Source of the DNA: Tubiluchus corallicola
Taxonomy: Eukaryota > Animalia > Priapulida
Length of the DNA: 64,000 nucleotides
Reading direction: 5' to 3'
NCBI GenBank assembly: GCA_030141605.1
Contig: JAQGDQ010000636.1
Span: 58,002 to 122,001, forward strand
Shown: positions 58,961-64,000 of the stretch, in pieces
How the letters are laid out: every line of letters begins with the position of its first letter
How positions within the stretch are numbered: the stretch's first letter is position 1
Position numbers and translations under genes: made by a program
The notes under the pieces: generated by a model
Database searches by the model: none
What the model was told of the DNA's origin: nothing
The model's input: the letters and a program-made list of their open reading frames with translations, nothing else

Positions 58961-60991
58961 GTGGATCTCCTTAAAGGATTTTATTTTTAGGTGCCGGTCG
59001 AGCTACAATTACCGACATTATGTATGCCTTGCAAGTTGAGTGTTAAACCACAGGTTGCCGAGTGCCAGACTGCACAAGAGATAAAAAAGAAAAAAAGAAT
59101 GATAGTTATCCCAAATTTGTATTCAAGAAAATTATTTTTATACACAGAAATTATGTTGGATTTTACTGAAATGTGTCTAAGCAGATTGTCTATATACATA
59201 AATGATATAATATAATATATATATTATATGATAATACTTGGTACTTTAATATATTGTTAAAGGCCTACGTAACCCCAACAAATATTGAAGTTTTTTAACG
59301 CATTATTATGATTACATAAAGAATTCGTAGGTGTTATTAAACAAAAGAGACTTGCTAATTAGATAACTCCCTTTTTTGCGAATTTCAAACACGCGCATTG
59401 CTGTAACGATCGCCATGTTTTGCATCTTTGGCACGAATAAGCGAGAATGACATGCACGAGGCATAGAAAGCGTCCATGGTTACCGGTGTTTGGTTACCGA
59501 TCTTGGGTGAACTCGTGACTGCACTCATGACGTCATTCGTCTCGTGCAACGAAAAAATGGAGGTTCTTCAAATTTAATGCCACTAATAATGAAGTGACGA
59601 AAATCAAAAGTAACAAGTTTTTCAGTAAATTTATAATCAATTAAATTGAATATTCGTAATGAGTGTTGGAATTTAAGCTGCAAAAGCTCATATCATAGTT
59701 TGACCTTAAAGGACAAAAAAGACCTAGTTAAACCAAGTCTCAGAAATTTTTGCTAAAGAATTATAATGGCTAGAGGTAATCTTAAGCGTTTAGTGTGTGA
59801 AATAGCCTTAAATAAAATAAAATATTTGTCTTTGAAAACACTGTTATTGCATTGAATTCTATTTAAAAAGCTTTTTAGACCTATTACTGTTACATTCATA
59901 CTCAATGACTGTGTTCTCACTTTTCTTTCTTAGCTCGTACTCAGCGGCGGAGTTAAGCGTGGTGGACCTGGTTAATAAATGGAGAAGTAACCATCTATAG
60001 TCATCAACATTCTCAACTCATAATAATCCTGAGCAAAATCATTTAGTAAAAATAGCAGCAATAGCATGCATTATGCCAGGCTGATTCAACACGATCAATA
60101 ACACAGAAAGTTAATTATATATTTGCTGTGTCTCTTTCTTGATTTTTTTGTGCTAATAATATCGGTTTTGATATTTCTTTGAATTCAATTTCAATTTATT
60201 TATCCCCTTTGAACACTATAATAGAATACCATTAATAATAGGAATCAATAGGTAATCGGTGAAGAACTGTTGTACTAGATAGTTACAAAACCTGAAAAAC
60301 GATAACGAAAAAGACTGTAATTATCGATTAAACTGCTATTTTTGCCCTGTATGTTTCCCTGTTTTCTGAGACCCAGACTTTTGTAGAACTACTTATCTCT
60401 GAAATAATCCGAATTATTACGTTTATTTAGAAATTTGTTATTATTAACGTTTTGCAAAGGTAGCTGACATATTGTGTGAAAAATTTACAACGAGTAATGG
60501 ACGCCAGCCATTTTCAAATTATAACAGTAAAACTACTTTTTTCCAATAGAATTTTCAACGAATTTGGCAAGCAGGTGAAGGTGTAGTCACATTATCTAGT
60601 TTCAACGTTAGTGTAACATATGGATTTGTAACAAACACCAAATATTTTACTTTTGCAATTTATGTTCTGAAAGCCACTCTTTCACTTGCACACAGAATGA
60701 GAAATGGTTGCCGTTGTTAAGTGTAGAAAACTAATACTCTGTGTAGCAACTGACTGGATATATCATTGCTATGCCCATTGCTTAGCTCAAGCCCCGCGTA
60801 TTATAATAATATTGCTTAAATTATCTATGACGTGAAATGAAAACCATAGCTCGATGTGTAAATGCCCTGTATGCCCTCTGAATTCATTGTCTTTTGGGGT
60901 TTAATATTTTCTAGAAAATTTTGAAAGCGCATTTTGTAGTTGAAGTCACTCGATAACAGACTGATTTCGCAGCAATCATTGTGATTAAATT

Positions 60992-61067
60992 ATGGATAAT
61001 TTTATACTTGCGGTTATAACAGGAATATTTCTGATTTGGGCAAGTGTTTCTGCTGATTACACACCAG
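60992..61067 (+). CDS. Probable first coding exon (signal peptide) of a secreted protein continuing downstream
   Basis: MDNFILAVITGIFLIWASVSA-DYTP followed by cag|gtatga; hydrophobic core and a V-S-A cleavage-type motif. Confidence 0.55.
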
Positions 61068-61679
61068 GTATGATCTTCTTTTTATTTATTTTATACTCTA
61101 GGTTTTGCAAGCATATTGAATTACATGGTGACATGATAATTTTAAGAAATAATTGTGATAGTAGTGAGTATATCACTTTGCCCTTAATTCAACACAAGGG
61201 AACTGAAAAATATTCACAAACCAAACTTACAATAAAATATGTGACAGGGGGTGGAATAGGTATTCCATCGTATTACTGTTTCTCCGAGCTAGCCTGTAAT
61301 GAAAATGAAAGCAAATTGCTGAATTTTGGTTTAACTCACTTGTAACCCTGTAATCAAGAATCGTAGCCAAAGGATTGAAAGTACAAATCATTTTTACAAT
61401 AAAAAATCTTCTCGTTCATTTCCTCATTATTTTCATCTTTATCTTTCCATTATTTCAGTAACTCAAATATTTTTTTAAAAATTATTAGTAACCTAAATCA
61501 TATTTTTTGCTTTTCCTTCATTTTAGATATTTGTTTATTTTTTGACAGTGAGCATATATTTTTAAGCGCATTTTTATTTTTAGTGGAGTCTTAACTAAAA
61601 CATTGCAAGCTTAGCAATTTATCAACATCAATTGCCGAGATTGCTTTACGTCATTCCTTTTATTTATACTAATTATTTT

Positions 61680-64000
61680 ATTTACTAACTATTTTTACTG
61701 ACTATCTTACTGACTATTTTTACTGACTTTTTTACTGACTATTTTTACTGACTATTTGTACTGACTATTTTACTGACTATTTTATTGACTATTTTTACTG
61801 ACTATTTTACTGACTATTTTTACTTACTATTTTTACTGACTATTTATACTGACTATTTTACTGACTATTTTTACTGACTATTTATACTGACTATTTTTAC
61901 TGACTATTTATACTGACTATTTTTACTGACTATTTATACTGACTATTTTTACTGACTATTTATACTGACTATTTTTACTGACTATTTGTACTGACTATTT
62001 TATTGACTATTTTTACTGACTATTTTAATGACTATTTTACTGACTATTTTACTGACTATTTTTACTGACTATTTGTACTGACTACTTTATTGACTATTTT
62101 TACTGACTATTTTTACTGACTACTTTATTGACTATTTTTACTGACTATTTTACTGACTATTTTTACTCACTATTTTTACTGACTATTTATACTGACTATT
62201 TTACTGACTATTTTACTGACTATTTGTACTGACTACTTTATTGACTATTTTACTGACTATTTGTACTGACTATTTTACTGACTATTTGTACTGACTACTT
62301 TATTGACTATTTTTAATGACTATTTTTTGATTATTTATTGCTATTTTTACTGACTATTTTACTGACTATTTTTACTCACTATTTTTACTGACTATTTATA
62401 CTGACTATTTTACTGACTATTTTACTGACTATTTGTACTGACTACTTTATTGACTATTTTTACTGACTATTTTACTGACTATTTTACTGACTATTTGTAC
62501 TGACTACTTTATTGACTATTTTTGTGTTTTGTTGTTTTTTGTTTTTTAATGACTATTTTATGTTTTATTGCTATTTTTACTGACTATTTTACTGACTATT
62601 TTTACTCGCTATTTTTACTGACTATTTATACTGACTATTTTACTGACTATTTTACTGACTATTTGTACTGACTACTTTATTGACTATTTTTACTGACTAT
62701 TTTACTGACTATTTTACTGACTATTTGTACTGACTACTTTATTGACTATTTTTAATGACTATTTTTTGATTATTTATTGCTATTTTTACTGACTATTTTA
62801 CTGACTATTTTTACTCACTATTTTTACTGACTATTTATACTGACTATTTTACTGACTATTTTTACTGACTATTTATACTGACTATTTTACTGACTATTTT
62901 ACTGACTATTTGTACTGACTACTTTATTGACTATTTTTACTGACTATTTTTACTGACTATTTTATTGACTATTTTTACTGACTATTTATTGACTATTTTA
63001 ATGACTATTTTTACTGACTATTTTTACTGACTATTTTACTGACTATTTTACTGACTATTTTACTGACTATTTGTACTGACTACTTTATTGACTATTTTTT
63101 GTTTTTTTTGTTTTTTGTTTTTACTGACTATTTTACTGACTATTTTTACTGACTATTTTTACTGACTATTTATTGACTATTTTACTGACTATTTTTACTG
63201 ACTATTTTTACTGACTATTTGTACTGACTATTTTACTGACTATTTTTGTTTTGTACTGACTACTTTATTGACTATTTTTACTGACTATTTTTATTGACTA
63301 CTTTATTGACTATTTTACTGACTATTTTACTGACTATTTTACTGACTATTTTTATGACTATTTTATTGACTATTTTTACTGACTATTTTTTTGTCTTTAT
63401 TGACTATTTTACTGACTATTTTACTGACTATTTTTACTGACTATTTGTACTGACTATTTTACTCACTATTTTTACTGACTATTTGTACTGACTATTTTAC
63501 TGACTATTTTACTGACTATTTGTACTGACTACTTTATTGACTATTTTTTGTTTTTTTTGTTTTTTGTTTTTACTGACTATTTTACTGACTATTTTTACTG
63601 ACTATTTTTACTGACTATTTATTGACTATTTTACTGACTATTTTTACTGACTATTTTTACTGACTATTTGTACTGACTATTTTACTGACTATTTTTGTTT
63701 TGTACTGACTACTTTATTGACTATTTTTACTGACTATTTTTTTGTACTTTTTGACTATTTTACTGACTATTTTACTGACTATTTTATTGACTATTTTTAA
63801 TGACTATTTTATTGACTATTTTTACTGACTATTTTTATTGACTACTTTATTGACTATTTTACTGACTATTTTACTGACTATTTTTACTCACTATTTTTAC
63901 TGACTATTTATACTGACTATTTTACTGACTATTTTTACTGACTATTTTACTGACTATTTTACTGACTATTTTACTGACTATTTGTACTGACTACTTTATT
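61680..64000. repeat. 12-13-bp satellite (actgactatttt[t]) running to the window end
   Basis: Direct reading; longer-range variant blocks recur. Confidence 0.95.

Noticed and set aside
57220-58990. 559-aa and 579-aa repetitive ORFs, or a CRISPR-like array
   Set aside because: Head-to-tail 30-bp units with no unique spacers, no cas genes and a eukaryotic context; frames are open only because the unit lacks stops.
59258-59790. Kolobok-like element starting TTAAAGG
   Set aside because: No matching right terminal inverted repeat was found.

Overview
AT-rich invertebrate (metazoan) genomic DNA with spliceosomal GT-AG introns, so the ORF track misses most real exons. From left to right the window holds: (1) the last five coding exons of a polypeptide N-acetylgalactosaminyltransferase (pgant9/gly-5-like; +, 694-4201); (2) three tandem C2H2 zinc-finger genes with single coding exons (+; 9, 5 and 12 fingers), interspersed with MITEs, minisatellites, a 5'-truncated RTE-type LINE, 5S-rRNA-derived fragments and a degenerate ankyrin-repeat pseudogene; (3) a minus-strand secreted trypsin-fold (S1/PA clan) gene that I assembled by hand from seven exons (40933-34830); (4) an intronless 848-aa ankyrin-repeat gene with a FEM1-like C-terminal box (-, 46289-48835), bracketed by direct composite repeats; (5) long minisatellite arrays and a signal-peptide exon of a further gene. 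The main result is the protease. It keeps His57 and Asp102 but has Cys at the nucleophile position (GDCGGP) and lacks the usual Cys42-Cys58 and Cys191-Cys220 pairs. Downstream lies a second, phase-compatible copy of only the last two exons, which encodes Ser (GESGGP) and lacks the hydrophobic tail. One gene could therefore splice to either a membrane-anchored Cys-nucleophile form or a soluble Ser-nucleophile form. Exon structures come from reading frame and splice sites only; no transcript evidence was available.
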